A stretch of 62,441 nucleotides of DNA, counting the filler, from Streblomastix strix (Eukaryota), in NCBI GenBank assembly GCA_008636045.1. It is 4 parts of 4 records of this genome, joined end to end, with 100 filler letters (N's around TTAATTAATTAA, not from the genome) between each part and the next. Parts side by side here need not be neighbours in the genome. Positions count along the whole stretch, not along the records: positions 15,647 to 31,188 come from SNRW01000969.1; 3 more parts are not named here. The stretch is one strand, 5' to 3'. A program made the translations under genes and the position numbers. The notes under the pieces are model-generated. The model saw only the letters and a program-made list of their open reading frames with translations. It searched no databases and was not told the DNA's origin. This document shows positions 17,720 to 31,288 of this stretch, in pieces; positions within the stretch are counted from its first letter, which is position 1, and the number at the start of each line of letters is the position of its first letter.

Positions 17720-20700
17720 ATGATTAAAAAAATTATGTATAATGATGAGTAGTAGATAAAAAAAGCAAATGATGAAGTTACTCTACTTCTCATACACGGT
17801 GCCAAAAACAATCTTCAATTTATTGAGACTTGTACAGAAAATAGTTTTTTGTTTGTTGTGGTAGGCTTGTGTGATTAATAATCTAAATAATAGATTGCAT
17901 CCGAATCAGAATTACATAGACGATAGTCCGTAGTCTTAGTATGAAAATAATTTTCTTATTTCAGATAACTTCCTTAATCTAATTTTACTTTTTATTTTTT
18001 TTAGCAAGAATGGGAAGAAATGTTAAGAAAGTTACCCAACATTTAATTGAAAAATACAGAAAAATCGCATTTAATATCTGCACCACCCCCACCACCCATT
18101 CAAACATCATCCAGCACAAAGGTTAAAACTAAAACTTAAACTAAAATAAAAACAAAGTCCATTTCAAAACCTCCTCCTCCACCAATTGCACCTCCACCTT
18201 AATAACTTATTTTAAATTCTCCTACCGAATAATCACCCATTGATATACAAAATGAATAAAAATAATTAGGATTAAAAAGTAATGTTAGCATTTAGAGTAA
18301 AGTGTATTTAAAAGATAAATAATAAGATAAATAATAAGACAATTAACAAGATAAATAACGAGATAAATAACAGGATAAATAATAAGACAAATAATAAGAT
18401 AAATAATAAAATAAACAATAAGATAAACAATAAGATAAATAACAAGATAAATAATAAGATAAATAACAGGATAAATAACAAGATAAATAACAAGATAAAT
18501 AACAAGATAAATAACAAGACAAATAATAAGATAAATAACAAGATAAATAATAAGATAAATAACAAGATAAATAATAAGATAAATAACAAGATAAATAACA
18601 GGATAAATATTAAGACAAATAATAAAATAAACAATAAGATAAATAATAAGATAAAGATAAAAAAGATCAAAATTCAAACCTTAAACTACAATAATAAGTA
18701 AAGGATAAATAGACTTCTCCTTCAAATTCTCCAATTCATTCATAACCAAATAAATATCATCCATAATCATAATCATCTTTATCTCCTGATCTTCAACCGT
18801 TGAATGTTCAATCGTCCATTCTATCTCCAAAACAATAACTCACTCCAAAATCAGATGATCCTTCTCCATCTTCTTCGCCTTCACATCACTAAATCACTTC
18901 ATCTTAATCATTTGAAAAATTGAAGCTTAATAAGAATAATGAAAATATTAGTATTAAAGAGGTTTCTAATAGTGAAACTGTATCTGATAACTAAAAGATT
19001 AAATAATAAACACATTCAATTCCAAAGATAACAACATCTCCATTATAATCATCCCCTCAATTATAATCATAATCTTCTTCATCTTCTTCATCATAATCGC
19101 AATCATTATAATTATTGCCTTTCTAATAAGTTAAATCATCAACATTATTATCTTCTCCCAAATCATAGCATATGTCTTCTTCACCCTAATTGTAGATTCA
19201 GTAATAAAATTCTGCTTCATCTTCATCCCTTTAATTGAGTAAGCACAATTCACCACTTACACTTCCAATTAATAAGGAAGACAGGAAAGAAGAAAAGAAG
19301 ACAATTATGAAAAACGAGATTGAAAAAGAAAACTCAAAAGAAAACAATTAAAAAGAAGATTTAAAAGCTTTGAAAAAAGTAGATATAAATAATTAAGATA
19401 ATAAAGCACTTGGAATGAAGAGAGAAATAAAGAAAATTGAAAATAATAAAGAAGAAAATAAAATCTAAAAGTAAAATGAGGAAATAAAACAAGATTAGTT
19501 GAAAGAGAATAGTATTAATGAAAAGAAGGAAGAAATAAAAGAAGAATAAAAGAAAGATGAGAATAAAATTGAGATTGAACTGAATGTGAAATAAAATGAT
19601 TAGAAAGAATTAACAAAAAAACTTGAAATGAAAACTGAAATAAAGAAAGAAAACGATAATAAAGGATAATTGAAAGTAGTAAAGCAATTAGGTAATATGA
19701 AGGAAGATAAGAAAGAAGAAGTTTAAATAGACGAAATAAAGAAAGTTGAGAATAGAAAATTAGCGATAAATGATTAAATAAAATAAAATTATAATAAAAA
19801 AAATAATAAGAAAGAAGTTAAAAAGGAAGATAATTAAGATAATGAAAATAATAATAAATTGATAGAAAAATAATTTTTGAAGATTGATTAATAATTATTA
19901 AAAAATGATGAAACAAAAAAAGAAATTAAGAAGCTGGATAATATTTAGAATAATCAATTATCTTAATAAGCAGAAAAATAGGAAGAATAAAAGAATATTG
20001 GTAAATCAGATAATAATGAAATAAAAAAAGATTTAAAGCTTGAAGAAAAACAAATATTGTAATAATAAGAAAAAAAGGAAATTTCTTAAAATGGTAAAAA
20101 GGCATTAAATTTTGAATAAAAGAAAGAACAAACAACAAAAGAACGTAAAATTGAATAAAATAAAGATATTAGAGTAGATTTCTTAGAATAAAAGAAAGAA
20201 TAAATGAAAGAGCCAAAATAAATTATAAACAAAACGGATAATAAAGATGAGATAATTTAAAGAAACTTAGAAAAGAAAGTAATAAATAAAGAATAATAAT
20301 AAGCTGAAAATAAGAAAATTGATAGTAAAATTATTAATAAATCAAAATAAATAACTTCATCGGCTCAAGTTCTTGTAGAATGTGCACATTGTCATTAAAA
20401 TATTGATATTAATATTCTTGATTTACATGAAAGTGATTGTTTATAGAAATAGGAATATATGAATGTATTGGAATCTGAATGGAAAGAGCAAGAAAAGGAG
20501 AAGGATAGAATGGATAAGAATAAGAATAAAATTAAGACTGATGAAATAAAAGTAAATATTAATGGAGAAAAGGAAAAAGAGAATTAATAAATTTAATTAG
20601 ATATAGAACTAACAAATATAATGAAGGAAAATGTATTAAAAGAATAAAGTGAAGAGAATAATGAAAAAACAGAAATAATAAAAGAAAATAATGAAGATAA

Positions 20701-23700
20701 GAAAGATTAGATAGAAGAAAATAAAGAGAAAAACAAAAAAGAATAAATTATTTAAAATAATATTGTTATTAAAAATAATGAAAAAGGAATAATTGCCACT
20801 AAAATTGAAGATAAATAAGAAGAATAAAAAATATAAAAAGAAAAAATAGAAGATAAAAAAGATTTAGGTGAAACATTGAATGAGAAATAGAAAATATTAA
20901 ATACAGAAATGACATAAATAAAGGAATAAATTATTTTGATGAATTCTGAAAACTAATTATAATAATAATAAATTTCAGAATAAAATAAAGAAATATCAAA
21001 AATTGAAAAAGCAAATAAAATTTATTTAGATTTAAATTCAAAATTTAACGCTTTACAGAAGAACCAAGAGAATAATTCAGAAGTAATATAGTCAAAACCT
21101 GATATAGAAGAAAAAGAAAGAATTATGATGGAGAAAGAAGAAGAATTAGAAAGAGAAAATAAAAGAGAAAGAAAGAGATTAAGGAAAGAAGAGAAACATA
21201 GAAAGAAATAAGAAAGACATGAATAGGAAGAATTAGACAGACAGAGACAATAGTAAGAAAGAATTGAGAGGGAGAGGAGATAAAGAGAAAGAGAAGAAAG
21301 AGAAAGAGTATAAAGAGAGAAAGAAGAAGAGGAAGAAGAGATGAGAATGATACAAAGGATGAAAGAGAAGAAGAATTTGATTATAACTGGGAATAAACAT
21401 GGATATGCTATAAAGAACTCACATGCATTAATAAGAAGTAAGAGAGCAACAAAATCTAAAATCAAATAATTATTGAAAGAGAGTAAAAGGAACATTCGAA
21501 TAAAAGAGAAAGAATATAATAATGAAGAAGATGAAGATGAAGATGAAGATGATGAATAAGAATCCAATGTTGAATAAAGTAATGAAGATAGAAGTGAAGA
21601 AGAAGGATAAATATCAGAAGAAGAATATGATGAAGAAGATGAAGAATAAGATGTATAATAAAATAGTGGTGAGGATGAAGATGAAGATGAAGAAAGAAAC
21701 GATTAAAGTTCAGGAGAAAATAACAGTGAAGATGAAGATGCAGAAAGTAGTGTTCGATCATAATCTACATTTAATAGTGAAAATGATACATAAGAGAGAA
21801 GTAGTTAGAGTTTTAGTCAGATGGACAGTGCTGAAAGAGAAGAATAAGAAAGAATAAGACACAATCATAGAAGAAAAGATAGGAACAATGAAAGGGAAAG
21901 AGAAAAGAGTAAGAATAGTTATAATGAAAAGTAATCAAAACATTCAAGAGGAAAAGATCATCATAAATCACATGGGCACAGAAGCAGGCATAGACATCAT
22001 TAAGATGATGAAGAAGAGGAAGAAGAAGAGGAAGAAAATGAAGTTGATGAATTAATTAACAGAGATGTTGATGTTTAAATTTAATAAAAACCAAGATCTA
22101 TTTCATCCTATCCTTCATCATCATAATAATCATCATCATCTTCTTCTTCTTCATCTTCATCATCTTCTTCTTCATCATCTTCGCATCATTCATCAACACA
22201 TCTAACTTCATAGAATTCTTATCCTCAAGATCGCTCATCTTCACTTCATAATGATTAGAAAAATAATAAATAACCACAAATTGCATCTTAATCTTCATCT
22301 TCTAAAACTGCTGCATAGCCGATTCAGTCATAAAAACATCAAACTCAGTAATAACAAACTAAAGTTGTTTGGAATAATTAATAAAGACAACCACCATCAA
22401 ACAACTTGGCAGCAGTTCCAAATACAAAAGAAGATGGAACAATGCTTATTGCATGTATTTATTGTGGAGATTTGATCCCCGCATATCTTTTAGATGAACA
22501 CGAACTTGCTAATCACAGACAGAGAGTTGCAAATTCAGCAAAACCAACACAAATTCCAAAATAAACATCAAAATAAAGCAGTAATTTATAGGTATTGAAT
22601 AATTAAAGTGCATTTGCTGGAGCAAGAATATTGGCAGTTGGGACTACTAATCCCAATGGATAATCTTCAAATTCACAACAATAATAAAACTCTTCATCTT
22701 CCTCTAATTAATAATAAAACCATTCACATTCATCTCATAGAAGTTCTTCTGATCATCATTCTTAGTAAGCAAATACAAATACGCATAATATTCAACCTTC
22801 TTAATAACCCTCAATATATAATTAATAATAATAATTAGATTCAACATTTTATCCAACTGTTGTTCTTCTTCAATAAAACACAAATCAGCCAATTCGTCCA
22901 CAAACATAACCGTCTCATTTATAACACTCATCACATTCTTCATCTTCTTCTTCATCATCTTCATCTTCATCTTCATCATCTTCTCATCAATCTTCATAAT
23001 AATAATAATAATAATCTTCATCATCAACAATATATACATAATAATAAGATCGTCAACCTCCACTCCCTTTTATTCCATATCCATCAGCATTCTCTATTGC
23101 ACCTGAACCTCAAGTATTGCCTTTCCTTACATCTTCATAAGAGAGAATAAGTAATTTCCACAAAGAATTAGAAATATACATTACAAAAGAGAGAGAGACA
23201 AAATTACCAAGAAAGATGCCTGGTCCTACTTTCTCATTTCATCCACTTCAACCTTCTTATACTGGTAACTCATAGTCATCATAAACATCTGATTAATCTT
23301 TCTATTATATACAATAAACACAATCCACACCATTTAGACAATCATTTTAAAGCTTGAATGAGAGAGCTCCATCTAATCCTGCATCTTAATATCGTCCATC
23401 TACAAATATAATCATCACAAACTCTCCTCCAAATTCACCTCATTCGCATCATCATTCGTCCAATACTCATCACAATTAATAATAATCTTCTTCTTCATCC
23501 TTATCTACTCCAGATTAACTGGCTATTTCTCCTCCACTCCCTAAATTCTATCCAAAAGATTTCTTAATTAGAATCAGAAGGTTTGTTTAAATAGTCTATT
23601 TTTAGCTATATTTATTTTTATTATAATTTATTATTCAGATCGGAATTACTTGAAACATCATTTAAAGCGTATATGTAACCTCGAATGACACCATCTCGGA

Positions 23701-26295
23701 AATGGATAAGTAATTATTTAGCTGAATAAAACAGAACGAACAATAATACCAATAATATTAATGCAAACAGTAATTAATCATCATCATAATAATAATAATA
23801 ATCTCAATCATCATCTTAATCTTCATCTGTTGATGCTCAATCAATGACAATGTCATATATTCAAAAGAAAATACCCATGGGAAAATAGAATACTAATCTC
23901 TGGTTATTGCCTGTTAGAATTGAATATGATGGAGAAGTTGGTGTGATATATTGATACGAGAATAAATATCAATAAAACTATAATATTTTGTTTTCTTATT
24001 ATATATTATTTTAATCATTTTAATAAAGGCATTGATCTTGGAGGTCTTCGTAGAGATTGGTTAATATCAACTGTTCTTGCATTGACAGATAATAAATTGG
24101 GACTTTTCCATTCATCTCCGAGTAATGATTATAAAGTTTCAATTCATCCACACACATTAACCTCGGAAAGTCCTGAAGGGCTAACATGGTATATGTTTAT
24201 GGGTATGGAAATGATTATGCTTAACTTAAATTTATAAATATATTAAATAGTTATTATTAACGGGTTTTTAATTTCTTCTTGCTATGTATATTACCAGGAC
24301 TTTTATTAGCTTAAACTGTGTTAAGTCGTACAACACTCCCTGTTAGATTTGATAGTACTATATATAGATCATTACTTGCACTTCCATTATGTTTGATTTT
24401 TATTAACATTTTTGCTTGACTAATTTTTTATTCACATTTCTCCCATTTATTTTTTTTTATCAGCTGTTAGTGATTTGGAATCAGTGGATCCAGAATTGTC
24501 AAAATAACTGAAAAATATGGAAGGAAAATAAAGAGATGAATAAAGATTAGAAAATGGAGATTTCTTTATTGATAATGATGTTGATGTAAATGAATGGGGA
24601 TTGACATTCAGTGCAGAACAAGAGATGCCAATTCCTCTTTTAAATGATGATACTCTTGAAAGAATTTTATCTGATTAAATTGAATGGAACTGGAAAATTG
24701 AAAAGATTAAATTGAAAGAGAAATTTGAAAAAATGAAAAAGAAGAGGGAAAAATAACAGAGGATTATGGAAAAATAATAAAGATTATTAGAAAAATAAAA
24801 ATAAATTAAAGAAGAATAAAAAAGAATTAAAGAAATATAGTTGGAAAATGAATTAAATAATGAAAAGATTACTGAAACTTAACAAAAAGAAGCGTAAAAC
24901 TTAACAAATAATAATCCACCACAACAATAATAATTGAATAGAGTGATTAATGATCCTCGACAGAGTTGGAATATATAAGAAGAAGATGATGATGGACAAT
25001 TTGGCAGAAATCACCATTCAAATATAAATACACATCCACATCCTGATACTCACCCAATATCATTATTCCACACTTCTCAGAAATCATCTCGAACTCCGCA
25101 ACAGTCTCCATTTCCATCTCCTGCAACTTCATCTCAGAAATCATAACATTCTCGATCTTCTTCCAAAGTCTCACTTTTAAATTCATCTCTCAATATTAAT
25201 GAAAAATTTAATAATGATAATAAAATCCTATAAAAGCTTTAATCAAATTATTTTTAAGATAGTTCGGAAGAATAGATATATTAAATCTTATAAAAGAAAT
25301 GGGTAACATAACGAATATTCACACATCAAGGCTCAATTCGAGAAATTCCAATTGATATGAAACATATCACTATTCCACTCTGCCACGGAGGAGAAAACAC
25401 AGCAGTAACGAATCTGAATAAATTTTCATATGTTCGTCTTCGTGCGAGACACAGATTGACATCTGGGACTGAAGTGTAGATGGAAGCGATGAGAGATGCC
25501 TTCTGGAGGATTATACCATTACGATTACTGGCAAAATATTTGTCACCACACGATTTGGAGAAGATTATAAGTGGGAGTTTCAAAGGATAAAAAGGATAAG
25601 AAAGAGAGAATGAAAGCTCAGGGAAAAATAAGAGTAAAGATTCATCTAAAAAGAAAGAATCTGGTATATCAATATTCTTTGGACTAGGAAAGAAAGATTA
25701 GACAAAAGAAAAAGATTTGGAGAAAATGAGAATTAAAGAAAAGTAAAAAAAGAAAGAAAAAGAGAAAAATCATTCAAATACGAAGGACAAAGACAATGAA
25801 AGTGAAATCGAGAGAGAAGAAGGAGAATAATAACATTAATCTGGTGAAGACATTGATGTTGATGATTGGAAATAATACACGAGATATTAAGGTGGATATA
25901 CTCCGAGCAAGTCAACAATAAAATACTTCTGGGAAGTGGTGAATGAAATGAGTTCTGATGAGAAAAGGGCATTACTGAGGTATATAAGAAATAAGAATAT
26001 TTATATATTTATAAATATTTACTTATTATTATTTTTCATTTGAATATGGTTTAGATTCGCAACAGGATCACCATCACTTCCAGCAGGTGGATTCTCGTAA
26101 TTGATTGGCTCAACCACAAATAAAATTTCTTTATTCACACTCAGATAGACTAAATATCTCACCCACCATCACCTGCCCGTAGCGCATACATGTTTCAATG
26201 TCATAGACCTTCCGCCTTACAAGTCGAAAAAAGAATTATAATAAAAAATAGAACAGGCGCTTGAGAACATGGGAGGCGGATTTACTTTAGCTTGA
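17720..26295 (+). CDS. Giant HECT E3 ubiquitin ligase with low-complexity and coiled-coil regions and two UBZ-like Zn fingers; start uncertain
   Basis: IEYDGEVG|IDLGGLRRDW, DLESVDPEL, DIDVDDWKQYTRY..YFWEVV..LLRFATGSPSLPAGGF, LPVAHTCFNVIDLPPY (catalytic Cys), GFTLA-TGA. CAHC-x11-HESDC near 20380 and CIYC-x11-HELANH near 22455. Confidence 0.9.
18314..18660 (+). repeat. 12-bp coding tandem repeat (gataaataaYaa = DKQQ), ~29 units
   Basis: Seen directly, in frame with the HECT gene when TAA=Gln. Confidence 0.9.
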
Positions 26296-26849
26296 TCAAT
26301 TTAGAGAATATAATAATAGCCAACATAAAAGTATAACCTTTTATATTTATTTTCCTAATTATGTAGATTGCTCTTACAATTTGCTATTTTTAAACATTTT
26401 TTATATTATTTCTAATTTTTAAACATTATTGTCTTTTATTTTGAGACCTTTTTAAGTTATTTTATCTTTACCTTGTGCTCCAAATAAACAGCTATCATCT
26501 AATTTTTAAAATTGAAATATATTTAATGTCTTATATAATTTTTTAAGAGTTAAATAAATAAATATATAGAGATAAAAAAAGAAGAAAATACTTATGTGCT
26601 CATTCATTAAGCTATTTATTAACCCACTCATTCAAAAAATAATGTAGCAAGGTTAAAAATGGTAATGAATTAATAATCGATTGTTAATAAATCGTACTGT
26701 TTTACTTTTATTATTATTATTATTATTTATTTATTTATTTTTCATTTCATTCATTACATTTTATTCTATTATTATCCTTATGAAGAAGAAGGTTGATATC
26801 TCTATTGGTTTGAAATATCATCCTATAAAGGAGAAGTTCCGTAATTAGG

Positions 26850-26949
26850 NNNNNNNNNNNNNNNNNNNNNNNNNNNNNNNNNNNNNNNNNNNNNNNNNNN
26901 NNNNNNNNNNNNNNNNNNNNNNNNNNNNNNNNNNNNNNNNNNNNNNNNN
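26850..26949. other. 100-N scaffold gap with duplicated flanks (~26725-26849 repeated at ~26950-27076)
   Basis: The RPB1 3' end sequence appears on both sides of the gap. Confidence 0.9.
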
Positions 26950-26977
26950 TTATTTATTTATTTATTTTTCATTTCAT

Positions 26978-29900
26978 TCATTACATTTTATTCTATTATT
27001 ATCCTTATGAAGAAGAAGGTTGATATCTCTATTGGTTTGAAATATCATCCTATAAAGGAGAAGTTCCGTAATTAGGAGAAGAAGGAGAGTAAGCAGGAGA
27101 ATTGGAACCATATGCAGGAGAAGATGGAGAATACATTGGAGATGTTCCTTACTAATTAGCAATTCCAGATGCTGATCCAACTCCTTATTAATTATTAGGA
27201 GATGATGGTGTATAAGCTGGAGAGGTTGGTGAGTAAGCTGGAGATGTTGGAGAATAAGCAGGCGAAGTAGGGGAATAAGCAGGTGAAGTAGGTGAATATG
27301 CAGGAGAGGTTGGAGAGTAAGCAGGTGATGTAGGAGAGTAAGCAGGTGATGAAGGTGTATATGCAGGTGATGAAGGTGAATATGCTGGTGATGTTGGTGT
27401 ATAAGCTGGAGATGATGGTGAGTATTAAGGTGAAGAAGGTGAATAAGCAGGTGAAGACGGTGTATAAGCTGGTGAAGTAGGGGAATATGCAGGAGATGTT
27501 GGTGAATAAGCAGGAGACGTTGGTGAATAGGCTGGGGATGAAGGTGAGTATGCTGGAGATGATGGAGAATAAGCAGGTGATGAAGGTGAATATGCAGGTG
27601 AGGGTTATGAAGCGTATAATGGAGATGCTGAATAAGCAGGAGATGATTATGTGCCAATTCCTCTTCCTCCTCCAATATTCTGTATACCAGGTTCATATCT
27701 TGGCGAAGCCGAACTCAATTAATTTCCAGTCTGTTATTATTATTAATTAGGTTAATATAATGGTGAAGCATTATACAAAGGAGATGCATATAAAGGTGAG
27801 GCTGCAAATGCACTTCTTTATTACTATTACTAAATATTTGCTTATTATAAAGTAGATTATCCGAATACTTAATGAGTTGGTGTATATCCAGGAGAAGAAA
27901 TAGATGCAAATATTTGAGGAGATGTATCTGATAGATACACAGAAATATGAAGAATTTCATGTTAAAAAGAAATAAAATACAAAAGTTAATAATGATTATT
28001 AAAATAAGAAAAAAATAATATTTTATAATCAAAGATTTAATATTCATTAATATATCTCATACTTTATTATAATTAACTATATAAGGGGGATGCTTATAAA
28101 ACAGAGCCATACATATTTCTTGTTCCTTATACTCCACTCCTTACATAAGGAGACTTTTATTAATTTGATTAGTTTTACATTGCCTGAGAATATAAAATAG
28201 ACATTTATTACTATTATCCATCTTTCTGCATATATGATACACTATATTGACCATGATCCAACTAAGATGGGGAGAAATTTGTATGTTGTTGTGGTCCCCA
28301 TGTTGATGGCGATTGAGAATTAATGGAATCACGTCTAAATTCTAAATAAATGTAAGTGAATAAAAAATAAGTAAATAAAGGACATGATTATAGATTATAA
28401 ATGCAAAACAAAATAATTAAATTCATACATTAGTTTTCATTCTATCCCTCAAATAAAGTATATCCACTTCCATCTTTAATTTAATAATTAAATAATAATA
28501 AAATATTATTATAATTAATAATATTTTTTCTTTATAATTATAAATATATTACATATAATATATACCTTTTAAACTCAGTTCATTCATTCTATTAGTGACA
28601 GGAGACAGAGAAGATGAATCAATCGCTGCCATATCCTAATCAGATTGATGAATTATGTAAGAGTGAATATATGGATAAATAAATAATAAAATTATTAATT
28701 ATAAAATTTGTTCTGAAATATTAATATAATGCATACCTATAATGTTTCACTTATTCTTTGAGCTCCTTTTAATTAATAAGTGTCTAAATGAATTCCAACA
28801 ACTCCTGTTCCACATGGTGCTTAATGACCTAAAAATTATTTATGAATGAAAAATATAGGGTATTATGAATAAGTGAATAATATCATACCAAGAATGACAG
28901 CTTATGAAACTCCTTTCAAATTATCAGATTCTGCATATGCAGCTGCTTCCATTAATATCTTACATATTAATTAGATAAAATGAATAATATATAAATATTA
29001 TTTTAATATTTTGTTAATTTTCTTCCTTGTATTTTCTCTTTCAAATTATATTTTATGTAAACCTAAACACTTTCTTCAAAAGTACATCTCATCAAAGGCC
29101 CTGTATCTTATGAATTTAATCCGTGTCTGTATATTATTATATATTATCAGAGATAAATATATAAAAATTGATGAAATCAAAGAATTATTTATTATTAAAC
29201 CTTGTAATACTCATAAGATGACCTCTGCTAGTCATTACATCGCATAACAATGCTAAATGTCTATAGTTGACATATGAATTATCAAACTGAATCACTTATC
29301 TTAATTCGGTTAAAAGAGCTGCTCTAGCAGCTTCTATACCAAGAACCTATAACATATTTAGATAATTATTATTATTATTATAATATATCATTACATGTAT
29401 AATTTATATACCTAGATAACTTCAACAATTGAATTAGATGTAATTTTATCCCCTTCTACATGTGGAACTCCCATTGCTGATAATAAATTACATCTGATAA
29501 GAAAGAAAAGGGGAAATAATCAGAAATCATAATAAGAGTATTAATATCCAATTATTAGAATCAATTTAATATTATTTATTTAATATTTATACCCTTCAGT
29601 CTCCAATAACCATTCATCCATAAAAGAGAACTTACCATCTGCTTATCTCTTTGGCATCTATAATTATAAGATAAATGTCACAATATAGAAGTTAAAAGAA
29701 TGAATAAAATTAATTAACAGCAATTTGAACAAAAATAATGATTCTATATATTCTTTAATTTTTACTTTTTTAAACCTTCTTTTCACTTAAGAATACTTTC
29801 TTAACATCAACAATTCCCCTTAAAACAATAGAATCCATAATCTTTGATTCAATTCCTTCAAGAAACACATTATCTAATTGTGCTTTCTTAATATGAGATT

Positions 29901-31041
29901 TATATTATTATCTTTCTCCTTCTTCATTATTATTGACATTATATTACTACTACTAATCATCATCATCATTTTAATCGGTGTCTGCAAATGCTCTTGGTCT
30001 AATTCGGAAAATTTGTTTATCTGCATTATCATCAGAGTGAGTTATCTGAAAAAATGAAGATTAAATAAAATATTAAAAAATGAAGATTAATTAAATAAAA
30101 TATATAAACATTCAATCTTCATAATTAATAATTAATACCTTTGCTTCATCCTACATAATTGCTTTTATCTTTGTAAATATTTCAAACATTTAAATTTTAT
30201 GTTCAACAACAAGTCCTTTATCAAGAGTTATTCTAAGTATCCAAGGACTCCATCTTTTATTCCTTCTCATTCCTTACTATTATCCACGTTATCCTTATCT
30301 TCCAATGTTATTGTACATATTCATATTCATATTTAGTTCATCTTCCAAATCATCATCATCTGGTTATTCATAATAAACCTATAAAAATTATCTATCTTCT
30401 TATATTACCGAATTCCTAAATAATTAATAAAATATACAAATAAATAAATAAGAAATAATCTCCATCATATTTTCTATCTTTTAAATTAACCTATCATCAG
30501 GATCAAAATATATTTCAACAAAAGATGTTATATGATGAAGTGTTGTAAATTCAAGACGAGTTTGAACCTTAAGAAAGTAATAAAGTGAAAAAAATTATAA
30601 TAATTATCTGTGCAACATAATAATAATTATTTAATTTATACTTCTTTCGCTGTTTCTTTTGATGATCTATGTTCTTCATCAAGATATACGGTCATTCCTA
30701 TAATATAATATAATATAATGCTTTATATTCAATTAATCAATTAAATAATAATAAACCAGGAGTCTTTGTTTTCTTAGCAATATTAATAAGTTCTCTCAAT
30801 CGTGGAACACCAAGAGTAACATTCTTACTTGACACACCTTCAATAAATTACAAGAAATTGATTAATATTTTAAATATTTTAAATATTCTACAAAATTCTT
30901 CACTCAATTAAATATAAATTATTCAATTAATACCAGCAAAGTGGAAAGTGTTCAAAGTCATTTGTGTAGCAGGTTCCCCAATTGATTAAGCAGCAATTGC
31001 ACCAACCATCTCCCCAGCTTACACTTAAGATTATTAAAATC
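26978..31041 (-). CDS. RPB1: RNA polymerase II largest subunit, 3' half (5' part beyond the contig end), many introns
   Basis: [79 protein letters not shown], heptad CTD. Confidence 0.98.
27194..27592 (-). repeat. RPB1 CTD: 19 contiguous heptads Y(S/T)P(S/T)SP(A)
   Basis: Manual translation of the 21-bp periodic array. About three more degenerate heptads lie downstream. Confidence 0.95.
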
Positions 31042-31092
31042 TGTATATATGTATGTATTAATACAGAATATGATTAATATATTAATATAGAA

Positions 31093-31094
<2 letters not shown>

Positions 31095-31188
<94 letters not shown>
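31095..31188. repeat. (ATT)n microsatellite in an RPB1 intron at the contig end
   Basis: Seen directly. Confidence 0.95.
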
Positions 31189-31288
31189 NNNNNNNNNNNN
31201 NNNNNNNNNNNNNNNNNNNNNNNNNNNNNNNNTTAATTAATTAANNNNNNNNNNNNNNNNNNNNNNNNNNNNNNNNNNNNNNNNNNNN
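31189..31288. other. Artificial contig linker
   Basis: N-TTAATTAATTAA-N. Confidence 0.97.

Noticed and set aside
18285..18677. Hydrophobic (YLII/FILL)n ORFs on the minus strand
   Set aside because: Antisense shadows of the DKQQ repeat in the HECT gene.
26725..27076. Apparent tandem duplication of the RPB1 3' end
   Set aside because: The identical copies straddle a 100-N gap, which indicates an unmerged scaffold overlap.
26974..27750. His/Leu-rich 240-aa ORF and the opposite-strand Met-rich ORF
   Set aside because: Alternative frames of the RPB1 CTD.
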